64,000 nucleotides of DNA from Leucoraja erinacea (Eukaryota): positions 28,334,001-28,398,000 of the forward strand of contig NC_073398.1 of assembly GCF_028641065.1 (NCBI RefSeq), given 5' to 3'. The notes under the pieces are model-generated. The model made no database searches. It was not told where the DNA came from and saw only the letters and a program-made list of their open reading frames with translations. Position numbers and translations under genes: made by a program. Shown here one piece after another: positions 13,478 through 27,207 of this stretch (position 1 is the stretch's first letter; every line of letters starts with the position of its first letter).

Positions 13478-14327
13478 ACTGTTGTGGGGGGGGGCAGGAA
13501 GAAGAAAGGAAGAGGCGGAAACAGTGGGCTGTGGGAGAGCTGGGAAGGGAAGAGGAAGGAGGGAGAAAGCAAGGACTACCTGAAATTGGAGAAGTCAATG
13601 TTCATACCGCTGGGGTGCAAACTTGTTAATCATACCTTCTGCATTCCATCCAAATCATTGATTTCAATCACAACAACAATGGGTCCAATACCGATCCCTG
13701 AAACATCCCCACAGCCATAGGCCTCCAGGCCAAAAAAAACAACCATAATTTTCTGCTTCCTTCCATGAAACCAATTCTCTACCCAATCGGCTAGTTTGCC
13801 CCAGCTCATATACGATCTAACCTTCCAGAGCAGCCTACCCTGCAAACCTTATCGAATGCCTTGCTCAAGTCCATATTGGCAACACCCCTACAGCTTTGCC
13901 TTTGACAACCTTTTTGGTTACTTCTTCGAAAAACTCCATTAGGTTCGTAAGGCACCATCACGTTACATGTGACACCATTTTCAGGGAACTAAATACCTGC
14001 ATTCCTAGATCCCACTATACTAAACCAGACTGACTATTCCTAATCACCTATGTTTATCCAAATGCATATACATCTTATTCCTCAGAATCCTCTCGAATAA
14101 CTTGCCCATCACAAATGTTAGATTCACTGATCTATAGTTCCTGGATTTTCATTGCAGCCCTTCTTAAATAGAGAAACAATGTTAGCTACCCTCCAATCTT
14201 CCGGCACCTCATCCACGTCAAATAATGATTCATATATCTCACCCAGGGCGCCTGCAATTTCTTCTCTAGTCTCCCACCGTGTCCACTGATATACCGGATC
14301 AGGCTCAGGAGATTTATCTACTCTCAT

Positions 14328-15350
14328 CATCATCATCATCAGCAGTCACTCAAAACGAGTATGACTGTCCTCTCCTCTCCATAGGGTCGTCTACTTGTGG
14401 ATCTGTAGATGTCTGTAGAGGCTGATCCGCGATCCACACACCTTGGTGCAATGTTTGCAGTGGAGACTGGCGGTGGTTGGTAGTCGTCGAGCCCCCTTCA
14501 CTCTCTCCTTACGGTGCTGTCGCTTTGTCTCTGTGACACGGCGTAGTTCCGTTCCATGACGAGTTGCTCTACAACATTCCAGAGCAAGGAATGTTCAGTG
14601 CAATGTGCTCCCAGTTGCTAGATGCGATGTGAAATTTCTTCAGACTGTTCTTGATGTTGTCCTTGAAACATTTCTTTGGCCCACCGGGGGCTCGCCGACC
14701 TTCCTTCAATTGAGAGAACAGGATCAGTTTAGGAATACGTGTGTTGGACATGCGGATGACATGGCCAGTCTATCGAAGTTGCTGCTGCATTATTGTGGTG
14801 GTGATGCCGGCCATGTTGGCTTCCTCCAAAACGCTGATATTGGTGCGTTTGTCCTCCCAGCTGATCCTCAGAATCTTTCGTAAGGATCTTTGATGGTATT
14901 GTTACAGGGCTCTCAGGTGCCTGCTTTTGGTGGTCCATGAATCGGCTCCATACAACAGGGTGGGGAGGCAACAGTCTGTAGACCAGCAGTTTTGTTTGAG
15001 CCTTTAGGTCAAAGACTCTTTTCCTGAGTCAGGCGTAGGCTCCACTGGCACAACTCAGGCGATGGTTGACCTCAGAGTCAATGTCAGCTTTTGAGGAAAG
15101 AATGCTGTCAATGTAGGGGAAGTGGTCAACGTTTCAAGAGTGGTGTCGTCCACTACCGGCTGGGTAGACAGCTGGTTGGGTGGAGGTTGATGAAGGATCC
15201 CGTGGCAGCTCTTCACCAATGAAGAAGTATGGCAGCAATGAAGACGACAAACAGGGTGAGTGCGATGATGCATCCGTGTTTGACCCCCGTTTCCACAGTG
15301 AAGGGTTTGGACTCAGAGCCGCAGTTGGTGAGCACTGTGACTGACATGCC
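14328..15350 (-). mobile_element. 5'-truncated RTE-clade LINE inserted into CR1
   Basis: RIPKLILFSQLKEGRRAPGGPKKCFKDNIK and GVKHGCIIALTLF motifs, (GAT)n tail, 12-bp TSD ATCTAC(T/C)CTCAT at 14316-14327 and 15351-15362. Confidence 0.85.
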
Positions 15351-17446
15351 ATCTACCCTCATATGTCTCAAGACATCCAGCACCTCCTCAACCATAATAC
15401 AGATAGTCCTCAATACATCTCCCTTAACTGTGCTAGGTTCCCCAATCATGTATTTCTCCACAGTAATGAGAAATACTCATTGACGACCTGACCCAACTCC
15501 TGCTGCTCCACATTGAGATGACCACTATGATTTCCGAGGGGCCCTATTCTCTCTAGTTACCCTCTTTCCATGAACGTACTTACAAAGTCTCTTAGGGTTT
15601 TCATAAGTTAAGGGTTCATAAGACATAGGAACAGAATTAGGCCTTTTGGCCATCTTGTCTACTCAGGCATTCAATCAGGACTGATCCATCTTTCCCTCTC
15701 AACCCCATTCTCCTGGCTCCCCCCCCCATAACCTTTGGCACCCTTACGAGTCAAGAACCTGTCAATCTCTGCTTTAAAAATACCCAAAGCCGGCCTCCAA
15801 TGCCATCGCCAGTAATAGATTCCACAAATTTTCCTTACTATCTGCTAGAGCCATTCCCTACCCCTTTTTTGCCCTCTGATTCCTTCTTACTTATGCTCCT
15901 CGGTTTCCGAAAATCCTCCAAGTACACGTGTGCCCCACTGCCTACAGCTGTCCCAGGCTTTCTTGTTTTTCCTGACCAGAGCATCAATTTCTCTTGACAT
16001 CCAAGCTTGCTTATTCCTGCCTGACTTGACATTTACTTTCACCAAAACATGCATGCTCGAACTCATCATCACACTTTTAAAAACGACCCACTTTTGCCCT
16101 CAAACAAGTTTTGCAAGCTCCTGTCTCATACCTTTAAATTAAAGTTGGTCTTTCCCCAATTCAGTATTTCAATAGACAATAGGTGCAGGAGTAGGCCATT
16201 CGACCCAGCACCGCCATTCAAAGTGATCATGGCTGATCATCCCCAATCAGTAACGCGTTCCTGCCTTCTCCCCATATCCCCTGACTGCTATTTTTAAGAG
16301 CCCTATCTAGCTCTCTCTTGAAAGCATCCAGAGAACCTGCCTCCACCACCCTCCAAGGCAGAGAATTCCACAGACTCACCACTCTCTGTGAGAAAAAGTG
16401 TTTCCTCGTGTCCGTTCTAAATGGCTTACTCCTTATTCTTAAACTGTGGCCCCTGGTTCTGGACTCCCCCATCATCGGGAACATGTTTCCTGCCTCTGGC
16501 GTGTCCAAACCCTTAACAATCTTATATGTGTTAATGAGATCACCTCTCATACTTTTAAACTCCAGAGTGTACAAGCCCAGCTGCTCCATTCTCTCAGCAT
16601 ATGACAGTCCCGCCATCCTGGGAATTAACCTTGTTAACCTACGCTGCACTCCCTCAATAGCAAGAATGTCCTTCCTCAAATTAGGATACCAAAAGCACAC
16701 AATACTCCAGATGTGGCCTCACTGGGGCTCTGTACAATTGCAGAAGGACCTCTTTGCTCCTATATTCGATTCCTCGTTATAAAGGCCAACATGCCATTCG
16801 CTTTCTTCACTGCCCGCTGTACCTGCATGCTTACTTTCATAGACTGAATTTCAACTTGTGGCCTTATTCATAACTATTTTAAAACTAACAGAATGATTGT
16901 CATTGGTCCCAAATGGCTCACCCATGGACACAACAGTCACTTGCCCATACCAATTTCCAAACTATATTGGGAAAATTTAAATCCCCTATGACAATTTGTC
17001 TTATAGCTGCATGTAATATCCAGGCCTATATTTTTTCTTCTAATTCTCACTGCTATTTGAGGACCCATCGTACATTCTCAACAAGGTGATAGTTTCTTTT
17101 ATATTAGGTAGACAAAAATGCTGGAGAAACTCAGCGGGTGAGGCAGCATCTATGGAGCGAAGAAAATAAGCAACGTCTTGGGTCGAGATCCTTCTTCAGA
17201 CTATATGTTGCTTTATATTTCTCAGCTTGGTTTCTTGGTTTCCTGGTCCTCCAAAATATACAAAATGGAATTGGAGGTGGTGGAGGGAGGACTTAAGCCA
17301 GAAAGGGTTCTTGGGAAGAAAGAGCTACCTTAAATTTTATTGCATCTGGTTGGGTAACTATGGTAGGGTGAAGACTATTCCATGTTTTAATTGTGCGGGG
17401 GAAGAATGAATTACTGTACACATCTGCCTTGGTAACTGGTATCTCA

Positions 17447-17672
17447 AATTAGATCGAATGCCCTCGTCTGCTCCTAATTGGTTTGGGTTTGGTGTAGGTT
17501 TTGTAATCTATGTCGAGCTTGCCATTTAGCATTTTGTTAAAACAGGTCAAACGGTGAGCTTCATGTCTGTCTTGGAGAGCGTTCCATCCCAGTGAATTCA
17601 GAAGTTTGGTAACACTCGCTTCTCTCTCATAGGTATAAGTAACAAATCGAGCTGCCTGTCTTTGGACACGTT
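17447..17672 (-). mobile_element. CR1/L2-superfamily LINE fragment
   Basis: RVQRQAARFV...SVTKLLNSLGW..LQDR...RLTCF.KML, a post-RT motif. Confidence 0.75.
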
Positions 17673-18680
17673 TGGTGGAAGAATTTTTTTTATTTGATGA
17701 AAGTTGCGTCTCAGAAAATTTAGGAGACCTGTTGCTTTCACCGTTGCACGAGTCTGACCACCCAAAAAGCCTGATTGATATTGGTACTATCGTCTCAGAC
17801 CACTGCCGTGACATTCTTCTTAATCAATAAAGCTCTTTTACCTCTCCTTCCATTGTACTTGTACCCTGGAACATTAAACTGCCAGTCCTGCCTTAGCTTG
17901 GTTTACATAGCAACTACAACATCCCAGTCACACATACCTATCTAGACCCAGAGTTCATCCACCTTGGCCGTCACGCCTCCTGCATTAAATTACATACAAT
18001 TTAATCCCACTGTGCTCCTTGCCTGTCCAATGAATTTTCTTTAATCACCTTCCATACTAACTTTGAGCCTCTCACCTGCACTGGATCCCACATCCCTGCC
18101 AATCTAGTTTAAACACAACACACAGTAACAACCCTGCCTGTCAGGATATAGGTTCCTCTCCAGTGGATCTTGTGTCACTGTATAATCAACTTCTGACCTG
18201 CTTTGCCAGCCAGTCCAGTTGAATTTCTGGTCAAATCCTGACCACAGGATATTGATGGTGCAGGACTCAGCAAAATTGTCTCAAGAAGTTAGACTCTCTT
18301 ATTTTCCAACACTTTGGCAGCACAAATATCATTTGCCACATGTCAGCCCATTCGTGAATGTTACTGAGGTATTCTGTCATGCAGCTACAATTGTTTCATT
18401 TGCTGCGAAACTGCGAATTGAATTGGGTATTGGTAGTCCGAAGACCAACATTCGATCCCACAGCCAAAATATTGATTCAAAAGCAAACTCGACCTTCTTC
18501 GCTTTAAAGTATGACTCTCGACCAGCCTCACATGAAATACTGTGGATCAGTTCACCTGGAGGCGGAAATGGCCAGCTACTAAAAGCCGTACTACAGGTAG
18601 ACGGTGCTCAGTGGTGATAAGTTATGAAGCTATTAGTAACTGAATGCAATTTTTTTTGGTACAAAATAAATGTGACTGAC

Positions 18681-19140
18681 CTGAACCTCCCCTTGCAGCA
18701 ACTGGCCCCGACCGACTTCAATGATAAAGCCATCTCGATGTGCATGCGCACTCAGTCTCTCGGGGCGGACTGAGTGCGCATATAACACTAGGTTTCCGTG
18801 CTCGTACATACCTGGCACCCTGCCACCTATTCATGTTTCTACCAGCTCGGTGTTCGCCCATGGCCCGCTGCTGCAGGTGGCGCTGGGCGATGGCGGTGGC
18901 GACGACGGCGACGAATGGAGGAAGGAACCGCTGCTTCCAGCAGCCGTCACGTGACGCGCCCGCGCTCTCCAGGCCTAGAGCGCGCGGCCGTCCGTTTAAC
19001 GGTTTCCGACCAACATCGAACGTTGCCGATCCACGTCCTCCAGAGATACGTTCACTCTTTGCACAAGCGACGTTTCGCTCTTCCGGAGATGCCGCCGCGG
19101 TTACTCCAGCGCTCAGTGCTTAGCCAGCTCGGTTCATGGA
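18681..19140 (-). promoter_or_regulatory. CpG-rich island, probable promoter and non-coding first exon of the ACOT gene
   Basis: Locally CpG-dense and not obviously a repeat. Palindromic E-box GTCACGTGAC at 18946-18955, NRF1-like TGTGCATGCGCA at 18739-18750, minus-strand donors AG|GTATGT (18811) and AG|GTCAGT (18680). Confidence 0.55.
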
Positions 19141-19249
19141 AGCTGTGTGCAATCTGCTTGTAGTGGGCGAAATCTTTACTTCAGAACTGGTCACACGTCT
19201 AGCCAGGCTGTTTCAGTACAGACACAATATGGCATTTATTTTACCTAGT

Positions 19250-20530
19250 CATGTGGAAAATCAGACTTCTATTTGTAGACTACAGCTCTGCTTTCAATAC
19301 CTTTGTCCTATTCAAGCTCATCTACAAACTCGTGGATGTTGGAGTCAACTGGCTTCCAACCTCACTTCCAGCCCAACAGACCACAAGCAGGGAGGACAGG
19401 CAGGGGGGTGGGGGCAACAAGTGCCATTTGGCATGGGCCTCAATGCTTCAAAGGAATCCTGATTTGGGGGCCTCTGCTTGATCTTGGTTTGGAGGCCACT
19501 AAAATTGAAACTGGCCTGAGCCTCAGTTCATCTAAGAGAGGGCCTGAGGACAGGTGACAAATCATCCTCGACGATAATCTTCAACACCGATGCCCGGCAA
19601 AGAGGCATCCTCAGCCCCCTTGTTCACTCCATGTACACCCAGACGTGCAGCCAAATGCAAAACCAACAATGTACAAATTTGCAGACAACATCGTAGGGGA
19701 TCAGATACCAAATAATGACGAGACGGAGTACATGAAGGAGATTGACAACCTCGTAACCTAGTGCCAAGACAACAACCTTTCCCTCAATGTCAGCAAGACA
19801 AAGGAGATTGATCAACTTCACCAAGAAAAGCATTACACATAGTATGGGGGGGGACTGCTGTGAGGGGGGTGGAGGGAGAGGAAAACAAAGGAGGACCCGG
19901 CATGGGGGGGGGGCGGGGAGAACAAAGGAGGACCTGGTGCGGGATACTTTGTAACTTTGTCAGTGCCTTTTATGTGGTGACTATTTGCATACCCAAGGCG
20001 TGCAAGCAAAGAATTTCACTGTGACTTGTATTCATTCATTCATATTGATGGTGCTGAAGTAGAGATGGTTGAAAGCTTAAAGTTCTTCGGTGTAAATATC
20101 ACCAACAACTTGTCCTGGGCCAGCCATATCAAAGCAATGGCCACAAAAACACACTAATGTCTCTACTTCCTTCAGAGGCTTAAGAAGTTCGGCATGTCCC
20201 CAACAACTCTCACCAACTTCCACAGATGTGCCATGGAAATCATTTTATCAGGATGCATCACAGCATTCTCCATTCAAGACTGCAAGAAATTGCAGAGAAT
20301 TGTGGAAACAGCCCAGACCATCTTGCAAATCGACCTCACTTCCATTGATCCATCTACACCACGCTGCCTCGTCAAGGCCAGCAGCACAATCAAGGATGAG
20401 TCTCACCCCGATCACTCCCTTCTCCCATCAGGCATGAGGTACAGAAGTGTAAAAACGCATAATTTCAGATTCAAGGACAGTTTCTCCCTAGCTATTATCA
20501 GGCAACTGAACCATCCTATCACCAACTAGA
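19250..20530 (+). mobile_element. Rex1/Babar LINE fragments
   Basis: IRLLFVDYSSAFNT, KFAD and LTNFHRCAMEIILSGCIT motifs. Confidence 0.82.
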
Positions 20531-20564
20531 GAGCGGCCCTGACCGCCCACCTACTACATTGTCT

Positions 20565-20790
20565 CTATCACAGGCGACAGACTATCGACTGATGTCTACT
20601 ACAAACCCACCGACTCCCACAGTAATCTAGACTCCTCCTCCCACCTGCCTCTTACAAAGACACTATGCCCCACTCTCAATTTCTCCATCTCTGGCACATG
20701 TGCTCCCAAGATTAGGCTTTCCATTGTAGGACATCCCAGATGTCCACTTTCTTTAGTAAATGTGTTCTCCCCCTCCTGTCTTAGATGCAC
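20565..20790 (+). mobile_element. Penelope-like element RT fragment
   Basis: STDVYYKPTDSH...SSH...SQFL in the plus frame. The same start recurs at about 39755 and 42315. Confidence 0.7.
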
Positions 20791-22209
20791 CTAGCAAAAT
20801 TGAAGTCAACATTTCAATGATTAGAGTTTTATCTTACCGGGAAGATGGTTGTGGATGCTGGAAATCAATAATCCTAGGATGTCAGTGCAGACGTTCAAGT
20901 CAGTGTCCTAGTCCCATCATCAGCTGCTTCAGCAAATATTTTCCTTCCACGACAAGCTCAGAGGTGATGATGGTCCCTTCTGGTCATACCATTTATAATT
21001 TCATTCACAGCTTCTGGACAAGTGAATTAGTCCATGCCTGCATGCTGCAAATCTGAGCAACATTAGACAAAAACTGATGAGTGGTAAGTAACATTGGGGC
21101 CAAAAGTGCAAGTCCATAGTGTTCTTCAGCACGAGGTTCCAATTATTTACCATTGATATTACCATTGCTGAGTGGCTCACCATCAACATCCTTGGGATCA
21201 CGACCTACCAGTAACTAAAATGGTTTGGTCTTATAAATACTGTGATTACAAGAGCACTACGAAGTTTTTCCACCATCTGAAAGATGTCAGATATATGTGA
21301 TGGAATACTCTCCACTTGTCTTGATGACTGCAGTTCCAACAACACCCAATAATGTTAACACTGCCCACAAAAAGCAGCTCCCTTGATTACTACCCCATCC
21401 AACACCCCAAAAATTAATTGACTCCAGCATTGATAAAGTTGCTGCAGCGTGTGTCATCTACGTAATGTATTTCCGTTGCTCCCCTAGGCTGTCCGTCAGC
21501 ACTTCCCAAACCAGATACCTCTGCTACTGGGAAGGAGAGGAGCATCAAGTGCAAGGGAACATCATTACTTGCATGCTTCACTCCAAGACGTACACCATCC
21601 TGCTCCAGAAATATATTAGATTCAGATTCAGATTCAATTTTCAGATTCAGATTCAATTTTAATTGTCATTGTCAGTGTACAGTACAGAGACAACGAAATG
21701 CATTAATGTTCCTTTGTTGACATTAAATTGAAATGATCCACTCCTCCCCTTCACAACTGTACTGTGGAAATATCTGAACCATTTCAAGTTTGTAAAGCAC
21801 CACTTCACAAGGGGAATTAGTCATACACACAAAGTATTTGTTTAACTCCTTTGCCATATCCTTATACCCCCTCAGAATTTCTTCCAACTCTGTTTCTTCA
21901 AATTCTGGCTCTTGAATTTTTTTTTGTTCAAACATCTACTCCCACAATCAGCCACCTCAGGAAGATTCGGCAATGTATATATGTTAATTCCCTTACTCAT
22001 TAATGTTGGATTCAGTACGTTTCCAAACCTGGAGTTTCAATGTCATTGTTCAGGTTTACAGTTTAACAGAATGTTTTAAAACATAACAGAGGTCACTGTG
22101 CTACCTGATTATCTTGAAATCCTTCATAATGCTAAAATAAGTCACCAGTGAAAACTAGCCCTGATTTATAGAGTGAACGTTTTCTGATGGAATTCAGTGT
22201 AGATATATG

Positions 22210-22728
22210 TACATGATTAATTTGCAGATTAACTTTTGGGAATCCTGCACCAGCACTCTCAAGTCCCTTTGCACCTTTGATTCCTGGATTCTCTCCCCAT
22301 TTAAAAAATAGTCTACGCCTTTATTCCTACTACCAAAATGCACACCTGCACAATTTGCTACACTATATGCCATCTGCCACTTCTCTGCCCACTCTACCAA
22401 CCTGTCCAAGTCTTTCTGCAGAGTCCCTGCTTTCTCCACACTACCTGCCCCTTCACCTATTTTGGTATAATCCGTAAACTTGGCCACAAAGCCTTCAATC
22501 ATCCTAATCATTAATATAGATCATGAAGAGTAACGGCCTCAGCATCGACCCCTGCAGAACTCCACCAGTCACTGGCGGCCAACCAGAAAAAGCCCCCTTT
22601 ATTGCCAGTCTTTGCCTTTTGCCATCCAGCCAACCTGCAGGCAATGCTAGTATCTGCCCTTTGATACCATGGGCTCTCATCTTCCTTAGCAGTTTAACGT
22701 GTGGCACTTTATCAAAAGCTTTCTGAAA
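22210..22728 (-). mobile_element. CR1 LINE RT fragment
   Basis: GVLQGSMLRPLLFMIYIND, KFTDYTKIG, LQKDLDRL.EWA.KWQM. Confidence 0.88.
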
Positions 22729-23082
22729 ATTTAGTTAAGCAACATATACTGATGGTACTAAAGGTGATATGGTTCCTAGGAACTGAGATGTTTGAGGGGC
22801 AGCAGGATGGTGATTGGGTCTTGTCATTGAGACCGGGGAGTAAGATGTTTATGCAGATGGGCAGGATCCCCACTATCATCTTCTGAACATGTGTTTGAGA
22901 GAATGCTCACATTATTTGCACAATAGCAAGTGCCAACAACAGCTAAACGAATCACCACCTACATAAGTTTCCATCAACCTGGCCTCCAAACAGATCATAT
23001 AATTGAAGACCAATTTCTGCTTCACCTATTATATGTCCTCTCGAGGTTATGATGGGATTCCATTCTTAAGAATCTGAGCAAG

Positions 23083-23358
23083 TGCCCACCGAGTCCACAC
23101 CGACCAGCGATCCCCACACATTAACACTATCCTACACACAGTAGGGAAAATTTTACATTTACACCAGACCAATTAATCTACAAACCTGTACGTCTTTGGA
23201 GTACGGGAGGAAACCAAGGATCTCGGAGAAAACCTACGTAGTCATGTGGAGAATGTACAAACTCCATACAGATAGCACCCGTAGTCAAGATCAAACCCAG
23301 GTCTCCGGCTGCAAACGCTGTAAGGCAGCAACTCTACCGCTGCACCACCGTGGCCGCC
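23083..23358 (-). mobile_element. tRNA-derived SINE
   Basis: Reverse complement begins GGCGGCCACGGTGGTGCAGCGGTAGAGTTGCTGCC (A-box-like) and has a CR1-type 3' end. Homologous to 24601-24900. Confidence 0.8.
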
Positions 23359-24600
23359 CATTAAGTGTACATAATGGGCGGCCATATTGTCCACAATTAG
23401 TGATAATTTTGCTTTTGTTTTGTTTAAAAAATGCTGGCATTTTTACAACTTTAAAAGCTAGGTCTGAACCGCATGTAAACTTTCCCCAATCAGCTTCTCT
23501 TTCTACAAAGTTAAAGGTTGTTAACTTTGGTACCTTGTTCCATCACAGATGCATGTAGAATCTCTATAAGATTGAAATTTCCAGGCATTACTAAAGGGGT
23601 AAATTAATTTTGAAGACGAAACCTGATTTTCCAATCATTTAATGCCAATAAACTGCCAAAAAATAAATAAAGCTGAGATTTTAAAGGCCAAATTCAATTG
23701 CTCACATAAACAGATTTAAATTTCTCAGGTGAAGCTGGGGATTCAGGGCTTTATGCCTGCCATTTTGTGGGCTGATTTTACTGCTACCTAATATCAGGCT
23801 GCATCTCTTAAAGTGGAGATATATTTTCATTAGGTGCACAAAGATGCTGGAGAAACTCAGCGGGTGCATTGATTTTCATTCGCGGGCAGTGTTGGCAAAT
23901 ATACGGTGTTGCCTAATATTCAGTGGCCGTACACTTGAGGTTAAGATTTCCAAATACATCTTATCAGCTTCACCACCACCTGCGGCTTCATCATTGTCTA
24001 TGAATCAGGTCACACATTTCAAATTTTGAATTAGGATATAAATACAACATTGAGGCAGGAAATAACAACTGGTCAAAAATCATATATAAAGAAACCTAGA
24101 TTTGAGTTGTAAGCAGACAATGGAGAAGCTAACAGCTCATTCCCATTTTAGGGCAAACAAAGTGAATGTTATAATGCATGAGTTAGATATATGAAAAGTT
24201 GCATTTGTTTTATATGTATCCTTTGCAAAGGATAATAAAGCATCACATTGGAATTAGACTGAACTGACCTGCTTCAGAAAACAAAACTCTGCAAGTCCAG
24301 CAACAAGTGTGAAAAGAGAAACCAGTAAATGGAACTCTTCTGAGGACGATGGTGTTTTGATTGACTGAGTTCTTCCAGCATTTTCATCCACATCAATGCG
24401 ATAAAACTCTCTATGATGTAATTTGAAAGTGCAATCGGTGAGCCACTCAACTATTCTTTTGAGCTATTTCATACCTGATTATACTTCAATTCTCCTTTTT
24501 CCTTTGGAAAGCACTATGGGATTTCTATTACAAAATTAATTCTGCCAACTTTACGCAAAGAATTATCACAACAACTGTTCACCGGTTCATTAGGTGAAGA

Positions 24601-24900
24601 TGGCACAGTGGTGCAGCGAAAGAATCGCCAGAGATCCTGACCTCGGGTACTGTCTTTACAGAGTTTGTATGTTCTCTCTGTGACTGTTTGTACGTTCTCT
24701 CTTTGATTGAAATTTTGATGAAAGTTTCGCAGGTTTCCTCCCACATTCTAAAGATGTGCAGGTTTGTAGCTTAATTGGTTTCTGTAAATTGTCCATAGTG
24801 TGAAGGATTAAACTAGTGTACGAGTGGTTGCTGGCTGGCGTGGATTCGGTGGGTCAAAGGGCCTGTTTCCACACTGTATCTGTAAACTAAATTAAAACTG
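24601..24900 (+). mobile_element. tRNA-derived SINE
   Basis: GGCACAGTGGTGCAGCG start, GGGCCTGTTTCCACACTGTATC end, (TAAAC)n tail. Confidence 0.78.
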
Positions 24901-25134
24901 AACACTAGGAACAAGGGGGAAAAATCTCCAGTGCAAAGTTCATGCAAAGTGCTACTCTAAATATCCGGTGAGATCTTTCTTCAAAATTCTTCCATTGTAC
25001 CTCACAGCTTTTCTATGGAAGCATGATTGAATCAACAGTTACTGGCGTACAAGTTATGTTGGTCTTATGTAAACTTTCAAAGTCTGATTGTCTTTTCTGG
25101 GGGACAATTTGCAACCTTGTCGTCGTCGTCTGTT

Positions 25135-25333
25135 AGGGTCTCCCATGCTGAACAGGTCGAAGGGTAGAGGCGAGACAAAGAGTGATCCACTGGTCCTCCA
25201 GGTTGGAGGTTAAGCACATGGCTAACACCCCTGTCTCGTAAAACAAATGTTACGGAAACAGCAATTGGCAGGAGTGGAGGACCTTTGTTGCTGCCCTACA
25301 TGCCAGGAGGTATAATAGGCAGTAAGTAAGTAA
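25135..25333 (+). mobile_element. Internally deleted RTE-type element
   Basis: GGAGTGGAGGACCTTTGTTGCTGCCCTACATGCCAG 3' end with a (GTAA)n tail. Confidence 0.5.
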
Positions 25334-25819
25334 TTTGGCATGACACCAGTTTAAATCGTATGAGCTTGTCTGAACAAAAAATATTCTGCATGTAAAGATC
25401 AAGCCACAAACTTGTATATGTGAAATTCTGAATCCCCCGCATTAATTGGTATGTTTAAATATTTCATTTTCTATTATGCTGCATTGAAAAATGCAAATAT
25501 TTTTCATGCAACTTTGCTTAAAAAGTTACCAGTTTAGCCACACTAAATGTTTCTTTAGCATACTCAATCTATATTTGTGGTAAAGATCAGAGTCGTGACG
25601 TACAAAAATTATACCAATCACATGTGCCCAATGCCTTTGCATAAAAGCCAAGAGGAATTAGTGGTCTAACAAAACTTGCAACAATTATACTCGGCTGCCT
25701 TCAAACATTGTATCTTTGTATGTAAAGAAACGGATCATCTGATGATTTACAAGAAATAATAGGTTGAGCTGCGTTGTGGTTGCTGAGAGTTTCATGGTCC
25801 AGCTGGTGACTACGGTGAC

Positions 25820-25868
25820 ATGGAGACATCATTTTACATTATCCTACAGCTGTTAATACCTTTTGCAG
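25820..25868 (+). CDS. VJ-C1 inhibitory IgSF receptor, exon 1 (signal peptide)
   Basis: ATG in a good Kozak context (GACATGG), METSFYIILQLLIPFA, phase-1 donor G|GTATGA typical of IgSF leader exons. Confidence 0.75.
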
Positions 25869-27207
25869 GTATGAGACCCAAGTGTAATACTTTATACAGA
25901 ATTTGATTTCACCAAGCAAATGGAGATTGCTGATGTTGGAACCTAGAATTGAAAAAAGAGTACTGAAAGAACTTGGTGATCAAGGCAAAAAGTGTAAGTC
26001 ATTATTTCATGATGAAATTCTAAATCAGTCCTGATCAGGGGCTCGAACCAAAACATTGACCTACACTTTTTCATAGTCATACGGCGTGGAAACAGGCCCT
26101 TTGGCCCAATTTGCTCACGCTGACTGCATTTGTCCCAACTACCTGCATTTGGCCCATATATTCTTCTAAACCTATCCTATTCACGTACCTGTCCAAATGT
26201 TATTTTTTAATATTGTGAAAGTACCATTTTTTTTGCCTTCACAAATGCTGTTTGATCCACTGATTTCTTCCAACGTTGTGTTCTTTAATTTTATCAAATT
26301 TGGATAGGCATTAAGTTCATATTATATGTTGTCAATTGCATGGAATGTAACAGTCAAAGTGAATGATAGCAAAATTGATGTGATTCTACTTTTGTTAGTG
26401 CATTTTGTGTTGAATTTACTTGATGAAATTGAAATGGGTTAGCAACACTGAATGTTTGCTATTACTTTATTTTCAAACCATCTTGAACATTCACAATTGT
26501 GTTTTTTTATTTTCCTAAGTTGAAATGACTAATATATATTGACACTTTTAAATTTCATGATATAGCATGCCACAGCCATTTGAGCTTTTAAACTTAAAGA
26601 GCATTAATTTAAACTTTCCAAAACTTTCATTGTAATTCAGAAATGTGGTATTCCATGTAAGCCTATGATCCCCTGGTGTTGAGACCCTTTGTGCATTTAT
26701 CCTTTGTATACCTCATTGTTCTTATGTTGCTTGTTTTGTTCATTTGTTTCAATCTGGTGATATTTTGTTAAAATACCATAATAGTCTCAGTTCATAAAAT
26801 GGCTACAGCTGGCATTATTTTCCATTCCATGCCTTATTGTGTTGTTACATGGTACCTAATGGATTTATTTTGGGAAGTATTGTTCTTGCAGCAGAGATAG
26901 AATATATCTTGAAAGCAATTCTGTTCTATGGTATTTGAATGTTTAAAATTCCTCTGTTTACATTTTTAAAACATGCAGGAGCAGTGTTAAAATTGTACTC
27001 CAAATACAGCTGCAAATGTACTAATATGAAGTGTTAAGCTATGAAGTTTCTCTACAAACAAAGAAATGTAATGTGTTGACCACTCATATGGCAATCGCAG
27101 AGGAGGTTCAAACAAGCACAGTTACATTTATTACAATTATTACCGCGGGGAAGATTAACTTTGAAATACGGCATTTTAATTACATTTTCTGAATCTCTTT
27201 TTCTCAG

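Larger units (their letters stand above)
13070..16846 (-). mobile_element. Cluster of CR1 LINE fragments with nested Penelope and RTE pieces
   Basis: ORF remnants LEYCVQFWSP, DKSPEPD...VPEDWRVANI..LFKKG and AIEGVQRR.TRLIP.M.GLSY.ER. Confidence 0.88.

Noticed and set aside
18721-19163. Protein-coding ORFs in the CpG island
   Set aside because: No recognisable domain. The minus-strand ATGs before the 18811 donor would be out of frame with the ACOT exon, so a UTR or promoter role is more likely.
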